This document shows positions 27,963 to 38,089 of a stretch of 64,000 nt of DNA, piece after piece (position 1 is the first letter of the stretch; every line of letters begins with the position of its first letter). The stretch lies in IMG/VR virus record IMGVR_UViG_3300026159_000398; one strand, 5' to 3'. Made by a program: the position numbers and the translations under genes. The stretch is from a virus (Duplodnaviria; Caudoviricetes). Under the pieces are notes generated by a model, which had not been told where the DNA came from, did not search any database, and worked only from the letters and a program-made list of their open reading frames with translations.

Positions 27963-28262
27963 TTAAGTTGTTGCTATGACACTTTCAAATGCGGCAACAG
28001 GAAGTGCAAGCGCTGCGATGTTTCCAATAACCGTGTCGCGAGTTGCTGACGTCGAAAATTTCCAAGTTACTGAACTTCCATTTGCAAGCAAGAAAAGAAT
28101 TCCATATTGTTGAGCGACAGCGTGAGCTTCATAAACTCCACTACCATCATCATACGTATCGCTTGTCGCAGGAATGGTGATTGGTTGAATTGAACATATT
28201 GCTTCAAGGCCAACTGCTGGGTAAGTACTATAGTCGCCAGATGTTATACAAATAATTGCCAT
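27963..28262 (-). CDS. hypothetical protein (possibly virion)
   Basis: AGGAG RBS and its own terminator. Confidence 0.6.
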   Translation of the reverse strand: MAIICITSGDYSTYPAVGLEAICSIQPITIPATSDTYDDGSGVYEAHAVAQQYGILFLLANGSSVTWKFSTSATRDTVIGNIAALALPVAAFESVIATT

Positions 28263-28312
28263 TTAATTTCTCCTGAATGAGTTCAATAATATATTAAAAG
28301 AAGGAAGTCGAA

Positions 28313-28594
28313 TTATTCAAATTTTTCCATTCCTTTCGTATCAATACTGAATAATCCTATTGAATTAAGCTTGCACAATGTATCTTTATGTTGTAAAAAC
28401 AATTCACGAGTTTTATCCATACCAAGTTCTTTCATAAGTTCAGGGTCTGACAAATCTTCAAATGAAGCTTTATGAAAAGCAATATCGTCTTCAAGAAGGA
28501 ATTTGATGAATTCAATTTCGCTTTGTGTAAGAACAAAACTTGCTTGACAACCTGCTGGTCCCCATATTTGAATATTGAATTCAGTTTCCATCAC
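28313..28594 (-). CDS. hypothetical protein
   Basis: GTGA overlap with the helicase. Confidence 0.55.
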   Translation of the reverse strand: MMETEFNIQIWGPAGCQASFVLTQSEIEFIKFLLEDDIAFHKASFEDLSDPELMKELGMDKTRELFLQHKDTLCKLNSIGLFSIDTKGMEKFE

Positions 28595-30138
28595 AACCTC
28601 TCCACTGGTAATTCCAGTTTGTTTTGATAAATATCAAGGCGTTTTTTAGCCTGCTTTCTTCCTATTGGTGAAATGCATGAATCATCGAAGTCAACATAAA
28701 TAGCTTCAGATTTATCGGTTGTTCTTGATTTACGAGTAGCACGACCGAGTTTCTGAATAACATTGGTAGTTGAATGCAATCCAGCCGCATTTATGGCTAC
28801 ATCAATCTCTTCAATGTCTTTTCCTTTAGCCCAGATTTTGGATGCAAAAACAACAACTCCTTCATTTTTGCGAAGATGATCTTCAGCTTCTTGACGAGCC
28901 GCATTATCATGCTGACCATGAACAAGAATTCCGTCAGGGTACATCTCTTTCAAAATTTCGCCATGTTCTATGCGATTAAATAGAATCAAGATGCGTTTAT
29001 TTTCTTTGATAAACTTCTGAGTAACTTCCACAATTTTTTTATTTCTTGCTTTATTAGCAACAAAATGGTTATACTCATCGCCATAGTAAAGGAACTTCTT
29101 GCCAACAAGCTTTCCAGCCACCTTAACGATTGTGTAGCCTTTCTTTTCCAATTCTTCTTGCGGATTTTTCTTTGATACTCTGACTGTGTCATACTTGTCA
29201 CCCCAACTTCCGACTATTTGGATTGGTGCTGAAAGATACGAATAAATCTGGACTTTGGTTTTTGATAAACTATCGCTCTCAATCTGTTCGTTGAGAGTCC
29301 TCTGATAGACAATAGGACCAAAGTTGCCATAGACTCGCATCTGCTCAAATGGGTTGTCAATTGACTCAATTGTGGCACTAAGCCCGATTCTGATTGAAGC
29401 TCTTTGGCAAGAGAAGATAATCTTTTCCGCAGTAGGGGTTCTACCATTCTCATGGACTTCGTCACTAATGATAACATTAACATAAGGAAAAAGTCCGAAA
29501 GCCTTCTCATAGGATGGCGCACAAAGTAACGTAATTCGTTTCGTATCATCATCATTTCCACCTTGAATTACGCCAACATCATTGTGCGTAAATCCATAAT
29601 CAATAAGTTTCTTGTATGTTTGTTCGACTAGGTCGACTGTGTTTTCAATAATAAGAATCCTTGCTTTTGAATATGCAAGGCAGAGTAATGCAATAATTTG
29701 AGATTTACCAGAACCAGTTGGCAACTCAATCAGTCCGCCATGAGTTCTAATAATTTCGTATGTTGATTCAATTTGATAATCACGAGGTTTTTCATTTTTG
29801 GAGCCAATCACGATTTCTCCTGTCATCAACTTCTTCATGAATTCTTTGTTGACACCAGAAAATTTGCGCATCTCAAATATTGTGTATTTGAGTCCTTCTT
29901 CGTTATAATAATATTCGAGATATGGCAGAAAACCAGTAGGTAATATGTTGTAGTCTTTATTATAAAAACTACGAACATCTGATGCGAGTTTTCGTTTAAC
30001 CATTGTGGTGTTGCTAAGACTGAGGTCTTTAGCAGAAAACTTCGAAGTCAAAATTGCCTCAGACTTGTGAATCTCAGGCAATTTTGCTTCGTCATACACC
30101 ACTTTAAGATGTGTGGATTGTACGTAAAGTTTTATCAT
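28591..30138 (-). CDS. SF2 DNA helicase, UvsW-like
   Basis: PRDYQ, LPTGSGKS, DEVH, GLSAT, QKLGRATR. Confidence 0.88.
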   Translation of the reverse strand: MIKLYVQSTHLKVVYDEAKLPEIHKSEAILTSKFSAKDLSLSNTTMVKRKLASDVRSFYNKDYNILPTGFLPYLEYYYNEEGLKYTIFEMRKFSGVNKEFMKKLMTGEIVIGSKNEKPRDYQIESTYEIIRTHGGLIELPTGSGKSQIIALLCLAYSKARILIIENTVDLVEQTYKKLIDYGFTHNDVGVIQGGNDDDTKRITLLCAPSYEKAFGLFPYVNVIISDEVHENGRTPTAEKIIFSCQRASIRIGLSATIESIDNPFEQMRVYGNFGPIVYQRTLNEQIESDSLSKTKVQIYSYLSAPIQIVGSWGDKYDTVRVSKKNPQEELEKKGYTIVKVAGKLVGKKFLYYGDEYNHFVANKARNKKIVEVTQKFIKENKRILILFNRIEHGEILKEMYPDGILVHGQHDNAARQEAEDHLRKNEGVVVFASKIWAKGKDIEEIDVAINAAGLHSTTNVIQKLGRATRKSRTTDKSEAIYVDFDDSCISPIGRKQAKKRLDIYQNKLELPVERL

Positions 30139-30362
30139 TCTTTCTCGTCGACTTTTTCGTCTTCCTTTTCGTCTTCCTTTTCGACTTTGCCACTCAGCTC
30201 TTTAAGCCTCATTTTGTATGCGGTTTTGAGAGCACGTGTGACATACTTTTCGCAGACATCCATTTCCTTCTTGAAGGTTTCGCCCATTACTTCATCTTCT
30301 TGAACTTGCTTGACATCGCCAAGAATACTTTCAAGGGCATAAATTGCGTCAGTAACTTCCAT
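30135..30362 (-). CDS. hypothetical protein
   Basis: AGGAG RBS, ATGA overlap; promoter at 30396-30426. Confidence 0.55.
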   Translation of the reverse strand: MEVTDAIYALESILGDVKQVQEDEVMGETFKKEMDVCEKYVTRALKTAYKMRLKELSGKVEKEDEKEDEKVDEKE

Positions 30363-30406
30363 AGATACTCGCTCCTAAAATTTTAGATATAGAGAATTAT
30401 ATTCTC

Positions 30407-31126
30407 TTAGTGGACATTTCTATTAGGAAATTTGATGATCTTTCCTTCATGGTCCATGTATTCGATATCGGGTTTCTTCTTTGCAACAGGTTTTTCTTTG
30501 TCAATAATTTCTTTGACTTTATCATTAACCTGTTCGGCTGTTTTGGCCAAATTAGTCACAACGGCCCTAACTGAAAGAAGATCATGTATGAAATAGTAGT
30601 ATGAAAGAATCAATAATTCGACCGACAAATCTGTTTCTTTAAAAGAAATTTGTGTAGTAGTATTGACATCTTCCATTGTTATCATGGCATTGGTATTATA
30701 CATCAACCACAACCCAATCCACTTTGAAACTATTTGCGTTACTGCAGGAAAATTCATTTCAAGAAATTCAATAAATTGAGCATCTTCATGCTCTGAAATT
30801 CCTTTATCAAATTTCATTTTCTTGAAAGAATAAGTCCACATGATACAACTTAATTGAGAGACCATTGCATCATGTGGGTGAAAATGTGGCGCCTCTGGAA
30901 GTTGACTTAATTCTGTATAAATCAACATGAGAGTAAAATTGACGACAAGAACAGAACTGAGGAGAAGCATTGAAATTGCTTCATCCTCAGGAATTTCTTG
31001 TGCGTTTATAAGTTCATGAACTCGTTCAACAATAGTAGTTGGAGGAAGATGCTCACCAATCATTTTGCTGATTTCATCATGAAATAGTTTATGCTTTTCG
31101 TAATCTATTTTACTCTTCGCCTTCAT
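30407..31126 (-). CDS. hypothetical protein
   Basis: 239-aa ORF coupled to the recombinase gene. Confidence 0.65.
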   Translation of the reverse strand: MKAKSKIDYEKHKLFHDEISKMIGEHLPPTTIVERVHELINAQEIPEDEAISMLLLSSVLVVNFTLMLIYTELSQLPEAPHFHPHDAMVSQLSCIMWTYSFKKMKFDKGISEHEDAQFIEFLEMNFPAVTQIVSKWIGLWLMYNTNAMITMEDVNTTTQISFKETDLSVELLILSYYYFIHDLLSVRAVVTNLAKTAEQVNDKVKEIIDKEKPVAKKKPDIEYMDHEGKIIKFPNRNVH

Positions 31127-32507
31127 TAGATTCCTCAGTTACTTCGCCTTGTTCAACCATTGGATTTCCTTCTTCATCTTCAAGATCTTCAGAAGCGAGA
31201 TAATCTTCTTCAGTTATTCCAGCTTCTTCAAGAATCTTTTCGTAAATGGCGTTGAGTTCTTCATTCCATTTTTTAATAAGTTCATCACCACCATTTTCTT
31301 CAACGAATTTGGCGATATTGGAACGTTTGAAATATTTGCCATCATACTTGAAAGATGCTTCAGGTTTGTATTCACCATTGACTTCAGGTTTTATCTTGAC
31401 ATCTTTGATTTCACCTTTGGCATTTGTCTTTTGAATAACAGGGTCAATGACACCATATTTTCCAAGAAGATCAACAAGACCACCGAATTTATCTACGCCA
31501 CGTCTGAAATAAAAATACAAGTAGCAATCACGACCTTTAAATTGAATTCTGTTCTTGACAGTTTTCAATCTCATCTTGATGCCAACAGGTGTGTTTGTCT
31601 TTGCATCTTTTATTTCTTTATCACTCACCATTTGAACTGTAAGTGAACTTGCGTATTTGAATCCTGAACCTTTGACGTTGACACTACTTTTTGGAGTTCC
31701 AGGAGGAACCCAACCAGTTGCTATGTTCGCAGTGAGTTGTCCAAGACCAATAATCGTAACATTTGCATATTCGATTTGTTGTTCTATGGCACGGAAAAGC
31801 TCACGCATTTTTACGGCTGATGTCATATCTTTGGTATCTTTCTTACCATTGGCGCGTTTTTCAACACCATCCATTTCTTTTTCAGAAGTCAATTGTGTGA
31901 CAGAGTCGATGCCAATCACGATGCTTTTATTCTTTTTATCTTTTTTACTCATCTGATAATCGATGGTTTTGTAGATAATAGAAGTAAGTTTTTCAACAGT
32001 GATTGGGTCAACATCACCTTTTGAATTTGGTTTGGCTTTGATGATGTGAATTTTTTCTGCTACTTCTTCTGAACCAACAATATGGACAGAAAAATCATAG
32101 TTGGCTGCCGCTTCAATCATTACTTTAAATGAAGCACCACCCATTCTGATATTATTGCCAAGCATGACATCCAAAAGAAATGATTTTCCTTTGCCTTCTT
32201 CACCACTTATAAGAGCGATACGAGAACCAGGAAAACCTGCAAAAAAATCATTTGAGATAATCCAGTTCAATGCGTAACTTCCTGTATCGAGCCAATAAGG
32301 AACATTGCCACCATGTTTCAATGATGTGGCACGAATTCCCGTATTACACTCAAGAAAATCTGCCAGATCGTCTGTAAATTTGATGGCATTTGCGTCATCT
32401 TTAGAAACTTTTACTTTCTTTGGTTTTTCAACCGCATCAGAAGCTTCTTCTGAAGTTTCATCAATATCAACTTCAGCTTCTATGTCTGATTTTTTTCTTC
32501 TTCCCAT
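31110..32507 (-). CDS. RecA/UvsX-like recombinase
   Basis: LDTGSYALN, GEEGKGKS Walker A, IGIDSV Walker B, GSGFKYASS, KNR. Confidence 0.88.
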   Translation of the reverse strand: MGRRKKSDIEAEVDIDETSEEASDAVEKPKKVKVSKDDANAIKFTDDLADFLECNTGIRATSLKHGGNVPYWLDTGSYALNWIISNDFFAGFPGSRIALISGEEGKGKSFLLDVMLGNNIRMGGASFKVMIEAAANYDFSVHIVGSEEVAEKIHIIKAKPNSKGDVDPITVEKLTSIIYKTIDYQMSKKDKKNKSIVIGIDSVTQLTSEKEMDGVEKRANGKKDTKDMTSAVKMRELFRAIEQQIEYANVTIIGLGQLTANIATGWVPPGTPKSSVNVKGSGFKYASSLTVQMVSDKEIKDAKTNTPVGIKMRLKTVKNRIQFKGRDCYLYFYFRRGVDKFGGLVDLLGKYGVIDPVIQKTNAKGEIKDVKIKPEVNGEYKPEASFKYDGKYFKRSNIAKFVEENGGDELIKKWNEELNAIYEKILEEAGITEEDYLASEDLEDEEGNPMVEQGEVTEESNEGEE

Positions 32508-32540
32508 TGTTTTTGTCCTATGTTGTGTAATTAAAAAATA

Positions 32541-32570
32541 GGGTGGTGATGCTATCGGTCACCACCACCC
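32541..32570 (-). terminator. intrinsic terminator after SSB
   Basis: GGGTGGTG/CACCACCC stem followed by TATTTTTT on the minus strand. Confidence 0.7.
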
Positions 32571-32604
32571 CATTGAATGAAACATTTCTCATGAAAATAA
32601 AGAC

Positions 32605-33570
32605 TTATTCGTCATCGAGTTCGCCGAGCATTTCGTCAACGTCTTCCTCTACGTCTTTTGCAGGCGCAGCAGGTTTCTTTGCGGCTTTCTTGGCGATTTC
32701 TTTCATCTCGTCCTTTTGATCTTTATTGACTTTAGGCGCAGTTTCTTGAGCTTTTTCTTCTTCTTCAGATTCAGCTTTTTTGCCGAGGCTGTCGATATAG
32801 TCGTTCAGAATTTGCTCGACAACTGCGTAATTCGTCTCATAAGGAACATAAGTCTTGAGATCGATGCGATTAGCAAACAGTTCCATTTCTTCATCATCAA
32901 GTTTGCGAACTTTCTTTTGGGCAAAGCTGTCAGCATACGTGATGTCCCAGGAGTTGTCACCATCTTTGGCCATTTTAATTGAGAAGTCATGGCCTTCAGT
33001 TGGGCTGATGAGGTCAAAGTAATCTTTGTCTTCATCAATTTCCAGAGAAGTTTGATCTACCCACTGATCATCAATATCTTTGAAGAATGGGAGACCCATT
33101 GTGACGCAAATAACTCGAGCGAGTTTTCCGTCATTTGAGCGGTCTTGAAGAACACGATATTTTTTGGACATATCAGTTTCATCAACAAGCAGACCATGGA
33201 AGAAATAGTGGCGCTTTCTTTTAAGTGTAGAGGCGATTCTTTTGATTTCCCCATCACTGTTTTTCTCTGCAGCATTGTACCATTCACGAACTGCAACATC
33301 GATGGGATCTTCTTTTTCAACACCATCAACTTTGAAGCGGCGAGGAACATAAACGAACTTTCCGCCTTTTCCATTGTCTCCGGTGCCAGGAATATAATGG
33401 TACGCATGAGTATGGTAAAAGAGATCAGCTTCGTCTTTTGCAGGGAAGAAACGGAAATTGGTTTTTCCAATCTTAGGAATAAAATCGAGAGGATTTCTTG
33501 AGCCGTTTTCAATAGCGTCTTCGGCTTTTTTTCTGAGGCGGGTACGCAAGTCTTGTAGATTGTTAGACAT
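32605..33570 (-). CDS. single-stranded DNA-binding protein, gp32-like
   Basis: FRFFP, HAYHYI, DLISPTEGHDFSI, acidic C-tail; adjacent to the recombinase. Confidence 0.7.
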   Translation of the reverse strand: MSNNLQDLRTRLRKKAEDAIENGSRNPLDFIPKIGKTNFRFFPAKDEADLFYHTHAYHYIPGTGDNGKGGKFVYVPRRFKVDGVEKEDPIDVAVREWYNAAEKNSDGEIKRIASTLKRKRHYFFHGLLVDETDMSKKYRVLQDRSNDGKLARVICVTMGLPFFKDIDDQWVDQTSLEIDEDKDYFDLISPTEGHDFSIKMAKDGDNSWDITYADSFAQKKVRKLDDEEMELFANRIDLKTYVPYETNYAVVEQILNDYIDSLGKKAESEEEEKAQETAPKVNKDQKDEMKEIAKKAAKKPAAPAKDVEEDVDEMLGELDDE

Positions 33571-33684
33571 TGTTTTAACTCCTTGTTAATTTTGTTTTTT
33601 GTTTGTAAGTGTTTTATTCTTACTATAGAATTATATTACACCACAACAAAAAATTTTTATGCTTTTTCTGTATCAGATGAAAAA

Positions 33685-33915
33685 TTATTCCACTATACTC
33701 CAATCTTCTGCCATGATATCTGTTTGACTTGCGAGCCATGGGCAACGATTGCCATTAGGATATTCAATGTAGAGGTAAGGAAGATTCATCTTACTATTCG
33801 CATCAGGAAATTGTGCTTTGACTTTGAGGTCTTTTCCATTCCATCCTGATCTTTGAATGGATTTGCCAGCTTTTGCAGCCGCCAGTGCTTCTCCGAAATT
33901 CATTGTGTTTTCCAT
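33685..33915 (-). CDS. DUF2829 / Tad2-family anti-defence sponge protein
   Basis: MNFGEAL...G..I.R.GWNGK...PW.ASQTDI.AEDW. Confidence 0.8.
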   Translation of the reverse strand: MENTMNFGEALAAAKAGKSIQRSGWNGKDLKVKAQFPDANSKMNLPYLYIEYPNGNRCPWLASQTDIMAEDWSIVE

Positions 33916-33926
33916 GTTTTACTCCT

Positions 33927-34259
33927 TTACTCTTTTCTTTTTAATCTTTTGGTGACAAAATTCGGCGCTTCTTCTACTTCATCACCGCTGTTTCCGACAT
34001 CGTTTTTTTCAACTTCATTTTCTTCAGGTGATATTATAACACCTTTAGCCAAATCAATTTCAGCATCAGGGTGTTGGACTTCATACTTGGCGCGAATTTG
34101 TTTTGAAAATTCACGATACTTCTCTTCGATAGCGAAGTATGTTTGAGTAACACGAATCTTTTCAATTTCAAGTGCTGCAATTTTGTTTTCACATTCAGCA
34201 ATTGAATTATTAAGCATTTGAAAATACTTTACGTCTTTTTCACTTAGTTTAATTTCCAT
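33927..34259 (-). CDS. coiled-coil hypothetical protein
   Basis: Likely start MEIKLSE at 34259 with GAGGAG RBS. Confidence 0.6.
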   Translation of the reverse strand: MEIKLSEKDVKYFQMLNNSIAECENKIAALEIEKIRVTQTYFAIEEKYREFSKQIRAKYEVQHPDAEIDLAKGVIISPEENEVEKNDVGNSGDEVEEAPNFVTKRLKRKE

Positions 34260-34740
34260 ATTTACACTCCTCAAAAAGTTCACAATTAAAATCAAAATTT
34301 AAAGCGCAATTATTCAAAAAATCCGTCAAAAAAACGTCCATTTGATCATTGGCACATTTGTAACATGAAATATCATTAGGAATCGGAAAAATAGTTATTG
34401 GAAAACTTTTAGTATTTAATGCCAATGCTGGTACGCCATGCATCAATCTAAAATCCTCTTCAATGATTTTCGCAATACGTTCTTTTAAAATTTTATTAAT
34501 GATGTCTACAATATGTCGTCCACGATTAAAATTAAAAACTTCGTATTTCAATCCTTTATGATTCATTTCGTAATCGAGACACGATTTGAAAATACCACAA
34601 GTTATTTTTAGTCCTTTAACGGTATCATGAGTTAAAGACCATTTACATTTAGTACAGTATTTTTTTCTGAAGTCGTTGTTGATTTCATCATATTTTATCA
34701 CAATATTCCTTCTTATAATTGCACCATTTGCATTGGTCAT
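34249..34740 (-). CDS. hypothetical protein
   Basis: ORF with several Cys; start uncertain. Confidence 0.5.
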   Translation of the reverse strand: MTNANGAIIRRNIVIKYDEINNDFRKKYCTKCKWSLTHDTVKGLKITCGIFKSCLDYEMNHKGLKYEVFNFNRGRHIVDIINKILKERIAKIIEEDFRLMHGVPALALNTKSFPITIFPIPNDISCYKCANDQMDVFLTDFLNNCALNFDFNCELFEECKYGN

Positions 34741-35569
34741 ATTTATTACATTTCAATGATTTCAAATTATCTTTCGGAAGATTAAAAATGAATTCATCGA
34801 TTTCGGCCACTTCAGCAAATAAGTCATCAAATTTCTTTTGCTTTCTCTCTTCATCATCAAGAATTTTAAATTGTTGTTTGAGAAATAAAGCTCGCTCCAT
34901 GCGATTCATAACTATAAAAGTAAATGAATCCATCGGAAAACCAAATTGTTGTTTTGTTAAATGTTCATACAAGATACTTTGAATCTCATAATCCCAATCA
35001 ACAAAATAATATTTGGAACTATCAGTGGTGACTTTTAAATCGAATATTTCGTATCTATTTTCGTCATGAAAAAGCGTGACGTCAGTAATTCCAGTCATGC
35101 GGAGTCTTTCATTATAAGGAACATAAATCTTAAATTCAGAAAGAAGTTTATGAAATTGCAGTGGAATAAACTTATTTATAAAAGAAGTAAGTATGCGGGA
35201 ATATTTGTCACCATCACTTAAATAATCTTCTTCATTATAATCTCTGCTCAGCTTGAATTTTTTGCCAGCTGATTTTCTCATATCATTATAACGATCTGCA
35301 AATTGGCCTTTCACCATGCGAAGCAATGATAATTCATCACGTTCACCAGCGTTTATACTATTAAGAACATCTTCGAGAATAGCGTGTTGAACCTTTCCGA
35401 AAAGAGTTCCAGGCCATGTAGTTTCAATATCACCTATGTTGGTGAAATAGCGGAAAACATATTTCAACTTGCAAGTCTCATAACTATTTATCTGACTTTG
35501 GCTGAGACTCCAAGGTGCTTTAATATCTTTGAATTCAAAATCCATTTTTAATACCAACTTATATGGCAA
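34688..35569 (-). CDS. PD-(D/E)XK nuclease (Cas4/RecB-like)
   Basis: SQS.I..Y..C, FG...H, E...G.TD, IFDLK, C-terminal C..C.Y...C. Confidence 0.8.
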   Translation of the reverse strand: MPYKLVLKMDFEFKDIKAPWSLSQSQINSYETCKLKYVFRYFTNIGDIETTWPGTLFGKVQHAILEDVLNSINAGERDELSLLRMVKGQFADRYNDMRKSAGKKFKLSRDYNEEDYLSDGDKYSRILTSFINKFIPLQFHKLLSEFKIYVPYNERLRMTGITDVTLFHDENRYEIFDLKVTTDSSKYYFVDWDYEIQSILYEHLTKQQFGFPMDSFTFIVMNRMERALFLKQQFKILDDEERKQKKFDDLFAEVAEIDEFIFNLPKDNLKSLKCNKYDQCKWCNYKKEYCDKI

Positions 35570-35817
35570 TCATGTTGTGCCTTTTGTACTGAATATTTTT
35601 GCTTTTCAAAAAAAGTAATGACTTCATCTTCGGGAACAAAACCTATATAAATGACATTTTGAGCATGATTAAAAACCGCTTCCCAAATTTTTCTCTTAAT
35701 AATTTTAATTTCTTTTTTGACAAGTTGTTTATGGACACGTTTAGCATCACGTTCCAATGTGCTATCAAAATAGTTTCTTGTAATAGCTGTCCAATATTTT
35801 GCCTTATGCGCGTTCAT
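35548..35817 (-). CDS. hypothetical protein (probably leaderless)
   Basis: ATG lies 5 nt after the TATAAT of promoter 35823-35853. Confidence 0.55.
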   Translation of the reverse strand: MNAHKAKYWTAITRNYFDSTLERDAKRVHKQLVKKEIKIIKRKIWEAVFNHAQNVIYIGFVPEDEVITFFEKQKYSVQKAQHDCHISWY

Positions 35818-36032
35818 GATAAATTATATAAAGCTAAGAATAAAAACGTATAGGAAAACATCTAAGAGGTATTAAGGAATATGGCATTTGGCCTTTACAG
35901 AGTGATTTTAGTTTTTTTGCATCACTTTTGTTTAGGAAAAGTGGGAGTGAAAATAGTGTATAAAACTAAAAAAAAGAAGACATCCATGAATATAATTTTA
36001 ATATATTAGAAAGCTTAGGAGTAAAAAGAGTA

Positions 36033-36857
36033 ATGAGCGAAAATGAAAAACTGCCTACTAACGTCGAAGAAAAACCCTACGTAGACGTCCATCAAAATCT
36101 AAATCAACAAGAACAGGAGGATCTTTTGGCGCCATTTATGACGAAGTTCGAAAAGTTTCGTAACGCCGCAAAGAAGAGTATATTTGTTCGACTATCTGCT
36201 AAACTTTGGCAATTAGCACATGACCCAATTAGAAAATTAAATTGGCTGTCTTTTATAACAATCATCGTTTTATTTGTGAGTATCACTTTTGTTGCAATGA
36301 ACTACAAAGCTTCTCGCACAAGAGAAAGTGGAGTTGGTTACCAACAATTTGGAATCATGAATCAGCTTGAACAATTAAAAAAGACGCATGAGTACTACAC
36401 AAAAGTAGCTACTAAAGAAGAGCGCCTCATGAGATGGGTTATGGCCTTTAGTAATTGGAAATACCAAACTGATGGTGACCCCAAAAAACTTGAAGGTGAT
36501 TGCGTTGGTGCTCTTTATCATTATTTTTCCAAATGGGGTTCTAACTTCCAACTTGAAAATATTCCATGGTTAATAACAAGAACACAGAATCTTGCAAGTC
36601 GTGGTGAGTTAAAAATTCGCAAATCCATTAGTGACGTACAATCAGGTGACATCATCATTTTAAAAATAAGTGAATCCAATCAGCATCTTGGTGTTGTTTA
36701 TACAACTACAGGAAACTGGATTCAATACATGGATATGAACGTTGCTACCAATATGGGTTTGGAAAAAATTCAATGGGGAAACGGCTGGATAACAAGTGTT
36801 GTTGAAGTTAGTTATTCTCTGTGGATTGGAAATTTAATGTCAGAATTAAACAAGTAA
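36033..36857 (+). CDS. membrane-anchored NlpC/P60-like cysteine peptidase
   Basis: TM helix followed by GDCVG...GDIII...HLGVV (Cys/His dyad pattern). Confidence 0.55.
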   Translation: MSENEKLPTNVEEKPYVDVHQNLNQQEQEDLLAPFMTKFEKFRNAAKKSIFVRLSAKLWQLAHDPIRKLNWLSFITIIVLFVSITFVAMNYKASRTRESGVGYQQFGIMNQLEQLKKTHEYYTKVATKEERLMRWVMAFSNWKYQTDGDPKKLEGDCVGALYHYFSKWGSNFQLENIPWLITRTQNLASRGELKIRKSISDVQSGDIIILKISESNQHLGVVYTTTGNWIQYMDMNVATNMGLEKIQWGNGWITSVVEVSYSLWIGNLMSELNK

Positions 36858-37036
36858 TGGGTGATTTTAAGTACAAATTATTTAATACGCTTTTGGCGTT
36901 GTGGCATTATTATCCTCAATTAACTATAGGTCAGTTGATCAAGTTAATTGGGGGTGATAAGTCCATGAACGACGAAGAATTAGAAAAAGAAGCTGCCGAA
37001 TTATTACAAAAATATCAGGAACAGGGTGAGTTATGA
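36857..37036 (+). CDS. hypothetical protein
   Basis: TAATG overlap gives start MGDFKY. Confidence 0.55.
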   Translation: MGDFKYKLFNTLLALWHYYPQLTIGQLIKLIGGDKSMNDEELEKEAAELLQKYQEQGEL

Positions 37037-37245
37037 GTGGGAAACATGAAAGTTATATTTGTCTCGAATGTGGTCGTTTAGCAGGAATGAGAGAACCAAC
37101 TCCGTGTTTTTTCTGTGGTGCTCGAAATTTCATGAGTGTAGATCGTTTTGTAGAAACCTGGCCAGAACCACACTTCTTAATGCAAGATATTGCTGCCAAA
37201 AAACAAGGCTTCAAAACGGAATTTAATCCGCAACCTACATCATAG
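37033..37245 (+). CDS. zinc-ribbon protein
   Basis: CLECG...CFFCG; ATGA overlap. Confidence 0.6.
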   Translation: MSGKHESYICLECGRLAGMREPTPCFFCGARNFMSVDRFVETWPEPHFLMQDIAAKKQGFKTEFNPQPTS

Positions 37246-38089
37246 AACCAAGTGTATCCGCTGTTGAAGGAATAGTAGGAGGAATTCCAGCTGGATTTGT
37301 TCCAGGAGAACCAGATGGAATTGCAAAATGCTGAGGCTTTGATACTATCCATTGCTGAATATCATTTTGAAGATATGTCGTCATCTTCTCGCTTAACTTC
37401 TGTAAAAATAAAGTCCAATATAATTCACCAATAGTACCAAATTGTTTTGTCGAATTATAAGATTGAAATGTTGAATGAACAACATTATTCAAATCACTCG
37501 CCAATGTTTTCGCGTTTAAAGCACTAAAATCTTTTTGCAATTGACTCTTCAAATCTGCTTCAACAAACGGCACTGTAATTTTTGCTGGCACTGGAGCTGT
37601 CAAACCTGACGTACCAGCAGCTAAAGCGCCAATTGGACATGTATTGGTTGCTGAACTATATGAAGTCGTAACCGCTTTACTGACCACATCACAGATGTCC
37701 GTGAATATCTGTTTGAATGCTTCTTCCCAGTTATACATTCCTAATGTAGAAGAAACCTTTTTACCATTGCATGCGGCCTTAATATTTGTATCGATTATTG
37801 TAGCCGATGACGTGATTTTGCTTACAAATTGCGATAGATCGGGAGGATTTATGAAGATGACACTCGACTGCAATGCAGGCAGGTATTTCACTTCAGTCTG
37901 TTGTATATATGTTAGAATATTTTGATTGAGCGTCTGGCTAAAGTCTACATAAAGAATCCCCAACACCGTCTGCCAATACATGAGACCCAAACTTTTTAGG
38001 TTCGGGTCTTGTGCACTTAATGTTGCTTGAACGGCAGAATGTATTGAACTGCCAGTTATTGCTGGAGAATATTTGAATGATGAAAGCAT
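37235..38089 (-). CDS. hypothetical protein with internal duplication
   Basis: Likely start MLSSFK (TAATG overlap); repeated H......G.LYW..F helices. Confidence 0.6.
   Translation of the reverse strand: MLSSFKYSPAITGSSIHSAVQATLSAQDPNLKSLGLMYWQTVLGILYVDFSQTLNQNILTYIQQTEVKYLPALQSSVIFINPPDLSQFVSKITSSATIIDTNIKAACNGKKVSSTLGMYNWEEAFKQIFTDICDVVSKAVTTSYSSATNTCPIGALAAGTSGLTAPVPAKITVPFVEADLKSQLQKDFSALNAKTLASDLNNVVHSTFQSYNSTKQFGTIGELYWTLFLQKLSEKMTTYLQNDIQQWIVSKPQHFAIPSGSPGTNPAGIPPTIPSTADTLGSMM

Noticed and set aside
34688-35569. Cas4 as evidence of a CRISPR system
   Set aside because: Solo Cas4-like nucleases are common in phage replication regions and no array is present.
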